From positions 726 to 64,725 of the forward strand of contig CAWDSS010000017.1 of assembly GCA_963805065.1 (NCBI GenBank): 64,000 nt of DNA, in the 5' to 3' direction. A model generated the notes under the pieces. It had not been told where the DNA came from, searched no databases, and saw only the letters and a list, made by a program, of their open reading frames with translations. Position 1 is the first letter of the stretch, and each line of letters begins with the position of its first letter. Shown here one piece after another: positions 1 to 9,937 of the stretch. The stretch comes from Candidatus Omnitrophota bacterium. Lineage in GTDB: Bacteria; Omnitrophota; Gorgyraeia; Gygaellales; Profunditerraquicolaceae. The translations under genes were made by a program, and so were the position numbers.

Positions 1-711
1 CTCTTCAACGACTCTTTCTGCCGAATGCATACGTAATCTGCAGCGGTGCATAATCTTATTGCCGCAAAAACTGCAGTTATAGGGGCAGCCCCTGCTAGAC
101 ATCATATGCAATGCCGGATGCCTGCGTGCCCGGACTTCACTGCTTCTATATAAATGCATAGGCAATAGATGCCTTGCGGGCAAAGGTATTGTATCTAATT
201 CATCTTCTATCGGGCTGGGTGGAGTTATGATGATCTTACTGTCTTCTCTATAAACTATGCCTCTTATGCTTGAGACGGAATTTTTTGCCTCAAGCGCTTC
301 CACTAATTGTAAAAAGGTATTTTCTCCCTCTCCGATAACTACATAATCCACGTTCCCGCTGGAAAGAACATCCTCAGGGACAACGCTTGCGTGCGGCCCT
401 CCCATTACCACGGGAATATTCTTATTATGCTCCTTAACCGCCTTTACAACCGCATCGGATAAAAGGGCTAAAAAGGTATTAGAGGTAACGCCAACGATAT
501 CGAAATCCCAGGAAATAATACCTATTTGTTCAGGGGAAATGATTTCCGCCATTCCCTCGATAATTTTAACTTTATGCCCGCGTTTCTCTAATACGCTGGC
601 GATATAGGCTAAGCCAAGGGTGGGTAATTTAGGCCTTACACCCTGGTAACCATCAATATATTCTCCGCGTTCAGTCAACATCGGAGGATTGACTAATAAT
701 ACATTTGCCAT
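1..711 (-). CDS. B12-binding-domain radical SAM protein, N-terminal part (gene runs off left edge)
   Basis: Hand translation from ATG at 711-709: MANVLLVNPPMLTERGEYIDGYQGVRPKLPTLGLAYIASVLEKRGHKV...NIPVVMGGPHA...HPALHMMSSRGCPYNCSFCG (CxxxCxxC). The frame stays open to nt 1. Not in the ORF track, presumably because it is truncated. Confidence 0.75.
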   Translation of the reverse strand, partial: MANVLLVNPPMLTERGEYIDGYQGVRPKLPTLGLAYIASVLEKRGHKVKIIEGMAEIISPEQIGIISWDFDIVGVTSNTFLALLSDAVVKAVKEHNKNIPVVMGGPHASVVPEDVLSSGNVDYVVIGEGENTFLQLVEALEAKNSVSSIRGIVYREDSKIIITPPSPIEDELDTIPLPARHLLPMHLYRSSEVRARRHPALHMMSSRGCPYNCSFCGNKIMHRCRLRMHSAERVVEE

Positions 712-720
712 AGTTTATCC

Positions 721-2178
721 TTACATAAACAGATTATCCCCACAGGAGGCAAGAAAGTATGCAAAAGCGATCTTTAAATCCAAATCGTATTTACGGGCGG
801 TACGCATATAGCGGAATAAGTTGATGAAAAACCTTAATTTTTGTTTTTTTACCAGGCGCAGCACTCTTCTTGTAACAAAATACAGGAAACAGCGGTACTG
901 GAAATACTCTACATAGCTCTCACTACGGTTTTTGGATTTTAGCGCCGCCCCCCAATGCAGGGTATCAATTTCATGCGACATAGCGAAAGCATCTATTTCT
1001 TCCCCCAGTGCTTGCATTTGCGGAATGATATCTGTGCCAGGTAAAGGCCGAAAGATAAAGAAAATCGGCTTATTAGGATCCAACTCCTTATTAAAATTGT
1101 AAGTTTCCCAGAGTATCTGTTTGTTCTCAGTTGGGCCTCCCAGCATGTTGTAAGCTATTGTATTAATCCCGTATTTGCGAAAATTGCCAAAGGCCTCTCT
1201 TATCTGTGCATTCGTGGCATGCTTACCATACACCTCATTCCTGACCCGCTCATTACCTGATTCTATCCCTATACGCACTTCTTTGCAGCCTGCCGACCCA
1301 AGCATTTTAATTTTTTCTTCCTGTGAAGTTGCTCCATGAGTGAATACAGAAAACGGAAGCTCATTAGAAAGCCCTTGAGCGATATACTCGTTGCAAAATT
1401 CATTTACCCATTTGGCATTTACCGTAAAAACAGCATCAAAGGGATGTGCCATGCGCAATCCCCGGCATTTATATTTATTCCACTGGTGTTTAATTTCTTT
1501 AACGTAGCCGGCAGGATTCCTTACCCTAAAGCGCTTCCCAGGCAGTGCCCTGTTCATCGGCTCCTCAGAACAATTAGTGCATTTAAAAGGGCACCCACGC
1601 GTACCCATAAACCATAATTGACTCACAAAGTAAAAATACTTATCAATATCTTCCCAAAGGTCGTAATTCGGGATGGGTAAACTATCGATATCTTCTATCC
1701 AGCCGCGTTTCGAGTTCCTGATGATTTCACCGTTTTTCTTATACCAAAGCCCGCTTATACCATCTAACGGCTTACCGCTTGCTAACGCATCCAGATAATC
1801 CGTAAATATAAACTCACCTTCCCCCAGGATAACCGCGTCCACCCCCTCTTCATTAATTGCTGAATCAGGATTTAAGGTGGCATGATACCCCCCCAACACT
1901 ATGGGCACTGTTTTACTGTATTCAGCCCTTATCTCTGCAATAGTCATGCGCACATAGCGCATAAAGAGGGAGGTTGTGGTAATGCCGATAACATCCGGAT
2001 TAAACTCATTAAGCCTTTTACTCAGGTATTTCTTCCAATACTTATTTTTGAACGTATAATCGAGGATATTCGCCTCATGATCAGTGCGTTCATTTATGAA
2101 AGTCGCAAGGCACGTGACTCCTATGTCCAAAATAGAACAGCAACCGCTTAAATTAGGGCTTATAATACTTGTTCGCAT
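721..2178 (-). CDS. B12-binding-domain radical SAM protein
   Basis: 485-aa ORF. N-terminal cobalamin-binding-like region (PIVLGGYHATLNP) and radical SAM triad in TRGCPFKCTNC (CxxxCxxC). Confidence 0.85.
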   Translation of the reverse strand: MRTSIISPNLSGCCSILDIGVTCLATFINERTDHEANILDYTFKNKYWKKYLSKRLNEFNPDVIGITTTSLFMRYVRMTIAEIRAEYSKTVPIVLGGYHATLNPDSAINEEGVDAVILGEGEFIFTDYLDALASGKPLDGISGLWYKKNGEIIRNSKRGWIEDIDSLPIPNYDLWEDIDKYFYFVSQLWFMGTRGCPFKCTNCSEEPMNRALPGKRFRVRNPAGYVKEIKHQWNKYKCRGLRMAHPFDAVFTVNAKWVNEFCNEYIAQGLSNELPFSVFTHGATSQEEKIKMLGSAGCKEVRIGIESGNERVRNEVYGKHATNAQIREAFGNFRKYGINTIAYNMLGGPTENKQILWETYNFNKELDPNKPIFFIFRPLPGTDIIPQMQALGEEIDAFAMSHEIDTLHWGAALKSKNRSESYVEYFQYRCFLYFVTRRVLRLVKKQKLRFFINLFRYMRTARKYDLDLKIAFAYFLASCGDNLFM

Positions 2179-2196
2179 TTTTTCTCCAATCCTGAA

Positions 2197-3651
2197 TTAA
2201 TCCGTAAAATAAGAAACGGTTTTTCCGTCGTGATATCCGGGGTCCTGCCAGTCAAAAATTATGTTTTCCGTAGCAATTTCCAATATTTTCTGCCGGGGAT
2301 AACGATGAAGAATATGCTTGGCAGTAAGGATTCCCATTTTGATTGAATGATCCATATTGTTATAACGATAAAGGCCCTGCCTGCCTATAGGGATAAAATC
2401 TTTTATTTCAGCAATAAAATTATACACGGTATTTATTTTGTCACGGTAATCAAGAGAGTAAACCGGATAACTGAATTCAGCTGTTTCTGTAAAATAATCT
2501 GTGACTGCGCTTCGTTTTATAAGCCCGAGTCTCTCGAGGTCTTTTACGCAACGCTCCATAATCTCATCATCAGAGGCATTCCATACATTATCATTCTTGT
2601 TGCAGGCGATCTCAAGCGTAAGCGCATTCTTGCCTTCAGGCACAGTAGTCGGGCTCCAATTTTTCCTGTCCTGGATCCTGAAAAAGAAATATTTTTCCTC
2701 GGGAACATATATCCATGTATTATCCGTTACATATTCTGTATCAAGCATAAGATGAAGAAACTTAATACTGCGAAAATCCATTTTTTTAGCGATAGATAAA
2801 TACATCTCGTCTATGTCAGGCGTTATATTTAACAGTAATTCCGGCAGGGGAATCGTTGAAACGATAAAATCACCGCTGATTTCTTTTTCCTTACCATCCT
2901 GAAGATAGATAATCTTTTCCAGGCGTTTATTCTTTAATGATAATTTTATTACTTTTGCGTTTAAATGTATCCTGCCGTCATTTTTTATAATTTCATCCGC
3001 CATGAATTCACAAATCTGGCCTATCCCCTCTTTTGGATAGAGAAAATGGCGCGCATAAGTCTTAGGCATATCTTCTTTCTTGCCCAGCGCGCGCAGCAAT
3101 ACGTCGGTAATATTAACCAAAGAAATACGCTGTGCCGCCCATTCGGCGGAAATTTGTGCAGGAGGTATCCCCCATAATTTATGGGAATAAGGACCGAAGT
3201 ATATATCGTACATTGTCCTGCCAAATCTTTTTACAACCCAATTTTCAAATGAATCATCCGGCAATTTTGAATAAGTGCCTATTTTAGTAAGAAAAAAATC
3301 TATCCCTGATTTAAAAGAAACGGAAGGTTTTAGTTTCTTTAATAAATCCATTATTTCAAGCGGATAAGCAAAAAATTTATCCTGCAGCCTGATTACGCTC
3401 TGGCGCGGGCGCACAACGAGCTCATCTCCCATCAATTCCGTGATTTCGGCTAATACAAATTCATCCTTTGTAATAAAACGGTGTCCGCCTAAGTCAAAAA
3501 TAAAGCCGCCACGGCGGCTGCTCCGACAGAGGCCGCCTACCTGAGGCTCCATTTCAATAAGATCCACCTGAGCGCCTTCATTTGAAAGTTCGCGTCCGGC
3601 GCTTAATCCCGCAGGACCCGCCCCTAAAATAATCACGTTTTTTTTCATCAT
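2197..3651 (-). CDS. FAD-dependent oxidoreductase (amine-oxidase / UDP-galactopyranose-mutase-like fold)
   Basis: N-terminal dinucleotide-binding motif VIILGAGPAGLSAG...DLIEMEPQVGGLCRS, then FDLGGHRF. Its 3' end lies 18 nt from the start of the next rSAM gene. Confidence 0.75.
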   Translation of the reverse strand: MMKKNVIILGAGPAGLSAGRELSNEGAQVDLIEMEPQVGGLCRSSRRGGFIFDLGGHRFITKDEFVLAEITELMGDELVVRPRQSVIRLQDKFFAYPLEIMDLLKKLKPSVSFKSGIDFFLTKIGTYSKLPDDSFENWVVKRFGRTMYDIYFGPYSHKLWGIPPAQISAEWAAQRISLVNITDVLLRALGKKEDMPKTYARHFLYPKEGIGQICEFMADEIIKNDGRIHLNAKVIKLSLKNKRLEKIIYLQDGKEKEISGDFIVSTIPLPELLLNITPDIDEMYLSIAKKMDFRSIKFLHLMLDTEYVTDNTWIYVPEEKYFFFRIQDRKNWSPTTVPEGKNALTLEIACNKNDNVWNASDDEIMERCVKDLERLGLIKRSAVTDYFTETAEFSYPVYSLDYRDKINTVYNFIAEIKDFIPIGRQGLYRYNNMDHSIKMGILTAKHILHRYPRQKILEIATENIIFDWQDPGYHDGKTVSYFTD

Positions 3652-3652
3652 T

Positions 3653-5029
3653 TTATCTCCTAATGGATTTGGAAAAGGGTAAAATATTAAAATCCGCTAC
3701 CCGTTTAATTATAAACGGGATTTGGTTGAACTTAAAGTATTTTAAGAGAAAATAAATCTGCCGCGGCCTCAAAAAGAAACTCCTGAATGCGTATGCCGGC
3801 ATGCTGTTTAGCTTATCCTTGTCTATGCCGTCAGGAACCCAAGTCGCCTCCTGATAGCTCTTATAACCCCAATCCACAGAACGTCCTTTACCCACCTGCT
3901 CCCACAACAAAGAGCCAGGGAAGACATCAAGGATTAAAAACTGCGCTTTATCTAGAGGGATTCTCTTGGCAAAATTTATGGATTCCCTGATGCTTTTTTC
4001 AGTTTCTCCGGGTAAGCCAAAAATAAAGAATCCCTGGGTAACAATGCCGGCTTTCTTAGCTAACCTGACAGCCATTTCAATTGTCGCCAAATCAGTTTTT
4101 TTATTAATATTATTCAAAATCTCCTGGTTGCCTGATTCAATCCCAAAAGCAACAAAATAGCAGCCGCTTTTTTTCATCAATTTAAGCAACTCAAGGTCCA
4201 GGGTGTCCACACGTATGCCGTTGGGAGTAGCCCAATTTATTTTAAGCTTTCTATCCAGAATAAGCTTACAGATTTCTTCAATATGTTTTCGCTTGAAAGT
4301 CAGGTTATCATCTTCGAAATGTATCTCTTTTACTCGGAAATTCTTTATTAAGTATTCAATTTCATCGACAACGTTTCGGGGGCTGCGAAAACGTATGCTC
4401 CTATCCCAAAGAAAAGGACTGGCGCAGAAAGTGCACTCAAAGGGACAGCCGCGGCTTGAAGTAATGGGGGCTACCGGAAAGCTCTTGATTAATCCTCCGT
4501 GGGGCGCCTTTTTGTAAGCGCGCGGGTCAATCTGCTCCCAATCGGCAAAAGGCAATGAATCAAGGTCCTGGATTAAAGGCCTCTTCCGCAAGGCTGTATT
4601 AATAGTCATTACCCCAGGAGTATTTTCTACGGCCTTACCTTCTTCAATACATTTAATAAGCTCGAGCAGGCTAACTTCTCCTTCTCCGGAAATTACATAA
4701 TCAGCCTGAGTTTCTTTAAGGGTAAGTTCCGGAAGGCAGGAGGCATGCGGGCCGCCAATCGCTACTTTAAAACCCTGACCTTTCAATTCCTTACTTAATT
4801 GGATGACTTCGGGAAAATACGAGCTTAAACAATTTATTCCCACAAGGCCGCTTCCACGGCATTCTTTTACAATCTGTTCGATAGGATAACCTAAATTAAG
4901 TCCGTCGATTATTTTGGAGGCATAGCCTTTCGTTTTTAAATAGGCAGAAAGATACCCTAAACCTAACGGAGGAGTAATCAAATGCGTATGGTAATTAGGC
5001 CTTACTAAGGAAACTTTTATTTTCTCCAT
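3653..5029 (-). CDS. B12-binding-domain radical SAM protein
   Basis: 458-aa ORF. VAIGGPHAS B12-domain-like segment and SSRGCPFECTFCAS (CxxxCxxC). Its stop lies 1 nt from the start of the flavoprotein gene. Confidence 0.85.
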   Translation of the reverse strand: MEKIKVSLVRPNYHTHLITPPLGLGYLSAYLKTKGYASKIIDGLNLGYPIEQIVKECRGSGLVGINCLSSYFPEVIQLSKELKGQGFKVAIGGPHASCLPELTLKETQADYVISGEGEVSLLELIKCIEEGKAVENTPGVMTINTALRKRPLIQDLDSLPFADWEQIDPRAYKKAPHGGLIKSFPVAPITSSRGCPFECTFCASPFLWDRSIRFRSPRNVVDEIEYLIKNFRVKEIHFEDDNLTFKRKHIEEICKLILDRKLKINWATPNGIRVDTLDLELLKLMKKSGCYFVAFGIESGNQEILNNINKKTDLATIEMAVRLAKKAGIVTQGFFIFGLPGETEKSIRESINFAKRIPLDKAQFLILDVFPGSLLWEQVGKGRSVDWGYKSYQEATWVPDGIDKDKLNSMPAYAFRSFFLRPRQIYFLLKYFKFNQIPFIIKRVADFNILPFSKSIRR

Positions 5030-5195
5030 ATACGCGACAGTTTATCCTTAATTATTAGTAAGAGTAAATTATTCCAATGCAATCAGAGCAAGTTAAAAAC
5101 CTGGCTTCTTCACCATTCCCTCCCCGCGCAAATAGAAATTATAATTATATCATGGATTGATCATTAATTAACGTATTTCTTAACCCATTTTAAAA

Positions 5196-6407
5196 TTAAC
5201 TATGCCTTGCCTGACGTAATAAAGAGGCCAAAATACCCAAAAAAACCCAAAATAACACAGCCAATTGCAAACTATATAGATGAGTATCAAAAAAACTATG
5301 CACTGAAAAACCAAAAATAGAACAGAGCACACCTAACATTACATAATCATTAGATTTTTTAAATGACTTAATGCCTTGCCACAAAAGAACTGAGACAAAA
5401 CTGATAAAACTTAATAAAGCAAATACTCCTGTTTCAGCCCAAATTTGTAAATAGCAGTTGTGAGCATATTGGATTCCTAATCCTTTTGCGTATTGAGAGA
5501 AATTCGCCATAAACGTGCCTATTCCCTTGCCAAGAAAAGGATGCTCCTTAATCATAGCCCAAGCCCCCTTCCATATGGCGAACCTAGACGCATCTCCAAT
5601 AGAAGTAAAAGTTAAAACCGCTCTCTCTTTTAAAGCTGGAACAAAAATTACCGCAAACATAAAAAGACAAAATAATGATAGTATAAATTTCCACTTGCGA
5701 GACAAGAATAACATTAGTAAGCTGGCAAATAAAAAACCAACCCAGCCTCCTCGTGAAAAAGTTAATAAAAAACTCCCATATAATAAAATTAACTCAAAGA
5801 ATAAAATATAGAAAATAACTTTATTTTTTGAAGAAGATAAAAACTTAGAGTTGCCTTTAATAGAAATCGCTGCCATAACTAAAGCTAATATACAAATCAA
5901 ATAGGCAGCCAAGGCATTATAATAATAAAACGGCCCGGTAATTCTACTTATGTGTCCTGTTATTACAATAACATTTCTTCCTCGTAAAAACTCCCAACCA
6001 AAGAAGTTCTGATAAAGAGAGTCAACCGCAACAACGCCTCCTATTGCTAACAACAATCCTACAACATTTAGTATACGCTTTCGACTGGATAAAGTATCTT
6101 CCATTATAAGAAATATAAAAATATACTTTGTCCACTTAAAGAATAATGCATGTAGGCTCTTTTCAATATAATGTCCGCTATTCAATAAAGAAAACCCGCA
6201 AAAAACTAGAAAAAGTAAAAGAAATAAATTTGTATTACTTTTAATAAACTCAAAATCCGGGCAAAGAATCTTTTTGACAATAAAAGCTATTATCGCCAAA
6301 CTAGTAAATATCTCAATTGCTGCGATAGAAATAGGAATAAAAGAAATCAAACCATATAAAGAATACTCCACAACCCTATCGGCAATTGCTATCGCCTTCT
6401 CTCTCAT
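5196..6407 (-). CDS. O-antigen ligase family (Wzy_C-type) polytopic membrane protein
   Basis: Hydrophobic throughout (about 10-12 TM segments). FSRGGWVGF loop and YAHNCYLQIWAETG (H-N-x-x-L...E-x-G, as in O-antigen ligases). Confidence 0.65.
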   Translation of the reverse strand: MREKAIAIADRVVEYSLYGLISFIPISIAAIEIFTSLAIIAFIVKKILCPDFEFIKSNTNLFLLLFLVFCGFSLLNSGHYIEKSLHALFFKWTKYIFIFLIMEDTLSSRKRILNVVGLLLAIGGVVAVDSLYQNFFGWEFLRGRNVIVITGHISRITGPFYYYNALAAYLICILALVMAAISIKGNSKFLSSSKNKVIFYILFFELILLYGSFLLTFSRGGWVGFLFASLLMLFLSRKWKFILSLFCLFMFAVIFVPALKERAVLTFTSIGDASRFAIWKGAWAMIKEHPFLGKGIGTFMANFSQYAKGLGIQYAHNCYLQIWAETGVFALLSFISFVSVLLWQGIKSFKKSNDYVMLGVLCSIFGFSVHSFFDTHLYSLQLAVLFWVFLGILASLLRQARHS

Positions 6408-6413
6408 TTTTTC

Positions 6414-7814
6414 TTAATATGCGCCTTTTCTTTTAAGCACAGCCGGTATTGTCCACAAAAGAATCAGCAAATCCAAACTAAATGACCAGTTATCAATATA
6501 CCATAGATCCCATTTCATCCATTTATAGAAACTCAGCTCACTCCTTCCCCTCACCTGCCAAAAACAAGTAATCCCCGGCCTGATATCTAAGCGCCGCATC
6601 TGCCAGATATCGTAGTTAGCCACCTCATCAGGAGTCGGTGGCCGGGGGCCTACTAAGCTCATATCTCCCTTTACGACATTAATCAACTGTGGTAACTCGT
6701 CTAAACTATATCTACGTAAGTACTTTCCCACTCGAGTAATGCGAGGGTCATCCTTTATCTTAAATATTGGCCCTTTAACCTCCGATTTATCCCGCAAGGC
6801 TTCTTTATAGCCATCAGCATTCATTACCATGGAACGAAACTTATAGAAATCAAATAACTTACCCTTTCGGCCACAGCGTTTAGAGATATAAAATATAGGC
6901 CCCGGGCTATCCAGTTTAATCAAAAAAGCAATAAGTACAAATAAAGGAAGGGTAATTATTAAACTAACTCCCGCAATAGTCACATCTACCAATCTTTTAA
7001 TAAACAGCTCAGTCCCGTGTAAGCTGCCGTCAATATACCTAATTAAAGGGATAAATCCGATATAGTCCAATCTCATTTGAGTAAAAGAAGAGGCAAAGTT
7101 ATCCGCAACGACTCGCACAGTTTTATTCATTTTTTTCCCCAACGCCATAACCCCAGAAACCACTTTACGCTCAGAAGGAATTGTAACATAAATTTCATCA
7201 ACAAAATACTGCTGGACTAAATGTTCTAACTCATTTATATTTCCTAAGATATTATAATTATAGACCTTAACAGCTTTAGCATCATCTACAAAACCAACTA
7301 CTCTCAAACCTAAATAGGGATTATTTCTTATCTCCTCAGCTAAAGCATAACCCGCTTGGCCTGCACCCACAATTAAAACATTTATATTATAGTACCCTTC
7401 AGCAATACGATATCGAATAAGAATTCTTTTAATCATCCGCCAGAGTGATAAGTCTAAAATCAAAAGTAAGCTGCTGAAGCCAAATACAACACGAGAAAAA
7501 AACGTTATATTTAGAAAAAATATAGCCAGGCCAGCCAAAACAGAAGAAAAAACCACGCACTTAATTACTCTCCACGCCTCTTTCGGTATAGTTAAAGAAC
7601 GGTCTGTTGCATAAAGGAAGTTATTGTTTAGAAAAAATATGAGGCTCAATCCCCAAATAGAAAACAAAAGGGAATAATCCCTAAAATAAGGAAGGTAAAT
7701 TGAAGCGAAGTTCCTATTATATCTTAGGCAATAAGGTAGATAAAATGAAAAACTAATAAGAATTATATCTAAAAATATATAAGCAAAATGTATATATTTT
7801 CTCTTGCGAAGCAT
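6414..7814 (-). CDS. Polyprenyl-phosphate hexose-1-phosphate transferase (WbaP/exopolysaccharide priming transferase type)
   Basis: N-terminal TM segments, VLIVGAGQAG Rossmann-like domain, and a C-terminal bacterial sugar transferase block: YLRRYSLDELPQLINVVKGDMSLVGPRPP. Confidence 0.85.
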   Translation of the reverse strand: MLRKRKYIHFAYIFLDIILISFSFYLPYCLRYNRNFASIYLPYFRDYSLLFSIWGLSLIFFLNNNFLYATDRSLTIPKEAWRVIKCVVFSSVLAGLAIFFLNITFFSRVVFGFSSLLLILDLSLWRMIKRILIRYRIAEGYYNINVLIVGAGQAGYALAEEIRNNPYLGLRVVGFVDDAKAVKVYNYNILGNINELEHLVQQYFVDEIYVTIPSERKVVSGVMALGKKMNKTVRVVADNFASSFTQMRLDYIGFIPLIRYIDGSLHGTELFIKRLVDVTIAGVSLIITLPLFVLIAFLIKLDSPGPIFYISKRCGRKGKLFDFYKFRSMVMNADGYKEALRDKSEVKGPIFKIKDDPRITRVGKYLRRYSLDELPQLINVVKGDMSLVGPRPPTPDEVANYDIWQMRRLDIRPGITCFWQVRGRSELSFYKWMKWDLWYIDNWSFSLDLLILLWTIPAVLKRKGAY

Positions 7815-7934
7815 AGATTTAATTATAGCATAAAAATTTTTAAAAAATAAATATACTACCGCCCACCATTAACAACTGGATGAGCAATATAGATGCTCTA
7901 TAGATGGACTATAGAAAGAACAGCCAAAGGGATA

Positions 7935-9179
7935 TTAACTTTGGGGTAGCTTATTAGTTGTAAACCCTATGATCGCATCGCGCTCAAATGACTCAATAAC
8001 ATTAATTTTTGAAAAATGTTTAACTACATACTCTCTTGCTTTTCTACCGTATTCTTCACCTTCTTGTAGGTTATTGTATAGTTTCATTATTGCTTCCAGC
8101 AGTTGCCCAGAGTTTTCAGGTTCAACTATTAAACCGCCGCCAGAATCTTTTAAAATAGTGTAAAGTTCAGTTCCTACGCTAGCCCCCGCAATAACAGCTC
8201 TACCGCTTGCCATGATTCCTAAAAGCTTTGATGGCATAAAAACATCTTTCGTCTTTTTTTGTTGAGGGACCAATGAAACATCAGCTGCAGCTAACACATG
8301 AGGGAATATTTCTTTTGGCTGAAGGGGAAGGAAAATCATATTCTCTAACCCTAATCTTTCATATTTACAAATAAGCTCTTCCCTCCGTGCTCCATTTCCA
8401 ACAATAACGTAAATAATGTTTTTATTATCTTTAGTTTGTTTTGCTACTTCAAGCACAACATCCAATCCTTGTTTTATCCCGATATTGCCAGAATAAAGCA
8501 CTATGAACTTATCAACTATTTTATATAATTCTCTAAATTTGTTGATTTTAGGCATGGGTTTTATATAATCCGTATCTACCCAATTAGGAAAGTAAAAGAC
8601 TTTCTCTTCATTGATGCCTTTTGCGATAACTCTCTCCTTCATTTTCCTACCAATTACACTAATCCTTGCCGCCTTTCGATAGATTAATTTTTCAATTCCG
8701 TAAAGCAATCTAAGCATTGATTTATTTTTCAGCATCCCGAGTTCAACAGCGACATCGGGCTGTAAATCCTGGATATGAAAGATAAAAGGTATTCCTTTGA
8801 TCTTACTTATTGCGAGGGCAACTAATCCTAGCCCTAAAGGAGGAGAAACAGTAATGAGTAGTTCTGGCTTATCTGAGAAAAACAAGTTAAACAAGGCAGA
8901 AATTATAAAAGAGGATTCGTGCAAGACCCGAGTCTTTAGGGTAACCTTGTGATGAACATACACATATGAACGCCTAATTTTAATCCCTTGATAATCTTCA
9001 TTCATAAACAATTTATTTTTGTATCCCTCTTTAATTTTCCAATCGGGGTAATAGGGGAAAGATGTGAACACGGTCACATCATGTCCTGCACATTTTAAAT
9101 ATTCACACATCTCAGTAGTATATAATCCTATACCGATAGTTTCTGGAAAGAAATTAATTCCTAAAACAGCTATTCTCAT
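7935..9179 (-). CDS. Glycosyltransferase family 4 (WcaI-like)
   Basis: MRIAVLGINFFPETIGIGLYTTEM N-terminus and GT-B C-terminal block VSLVPQ...PSKLLGIMASGRAVIAG. Confidence 0.8.
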   Translation of the reverse strand: MRIAVLGINFFPETIGIGLYTTEMCEYLKCAGHDVTVFTSFPYYPDWKIKEGYKNKLFMNEDYQGIKIRRSYVYVHHKVTLKTRVLHESSFIISALFNLFFSDKPELLITVSPPLGLGLVALAISKIKGIPFIFHIQDLQPDVAVELGMLKNKSMLRLLYGIEKLIYRKAARISVIGRKMKERVIAKGINEEKVFYFPNWVDTDYIKPMPKINKFRELYKIVDKFIVLYSGNIGIKQGLDVVLEVAKQTKDNKNIIYVIVGNGARREELICKYERLGLENMIFLPLQPKEIFPHVLAAADVSLVPQQKKTKDVFMPSKLLGIMASGRAVIAGASVGTELYTILKDSGGGLIVEPENSGQLLEAIMKLYNNLQEGEEYGRKAREYVVKHFSKINVIESFERDAIIGFTTNKLPQS

Positions 9180-9937
9180 TTTAAGCCTATTACCTGGATT
9201 TTATTCCCGAATCTGCCTAAAAAAATATTTATAAGATAAAACAGGGCTTCTACCAAAATAAATAAAGGCAGAAAATCAAAAAATCTAAACACCTTGCCGG
9301 GCTTATGTGGGTAGTACATTAAATACCGTTTCACTATAACTTTTTTGATTCCAATTTCTTTAAACCATGCTATAATTTCACTTTTTCTAAACCGATAAAT
9401 AAAATCAGTATCTTCGTATTTTAGAGAAAATCCCAGCAAAACAGAAAGTTCAGTTATTAATGCCTTGGCTGGTTCAATAATAATAACCGCATTTTTGGCA
9501 ACTCTTACCATCTCCCTAACTGCTTTCTTTGGGCTACTTAAATGATGCAAACCATCATGAACAGATACTATATCAAAACTATTATCTGGAAAAGGCAAGT
9601 TAGTCGCATCCGCTTCTTTAAACTCCGCATAAAAACCATATCTTTTGCTCCTGATGCGAGCTCTTTCAACAGCACCTGAAGACAAATCAGTCCCAACTAC
9701 CCTTGCTCCCTCTTGAGCATAATATTCAGAAATCATCCCTGAACCACAACAAACATCTAAAACAAACAAACCTTTAATTGAAAAAGGTAAACCTTTTAAT
9801 ACTTCTTTAAATTTATAATCGATTAGAAAATTGTATAATCGCCCCACATTATGCGGCCGATTTATTTCGAATTGCTCACTGTCGTTTTCTTCATAATAAT
9901 TCGGGTGTCTTTGTTTATTATTAATTTTCTCGCTCAT
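9176..9937 (-). CDS. Class I SAM-dependent methyltransferase
   Basis: Motif I VLDVCCGSGMIS, acidic GTDLS, and post-I FDIVSVHDGLHHL. Overlaps neighbours by 4 nt on both sides. Confidence 0.8.
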   Translation of the reverse strand: MSEKINNKQRHPNYYEENDSEQFEINRPHNVGRLYNFLIDYKFKEVLKGLPFSIKGLFVLDVCCGSGMISEYYAQEGARVVGTDLSSGAVERARIRSKRYGFYAEFKEADATNLPFPDNSFDIVSVHDGLHHLSSPKKAVREMVRVAKNAVIIIEPAKALITELSVLLGFSLKYEDTDFIYRFRKSEIIAWFKEIGIKKVIVKRYLMYYPHKPGKVFRFFDFLPLFILVEALFYLINIFLGRFGNKIQVIGLK

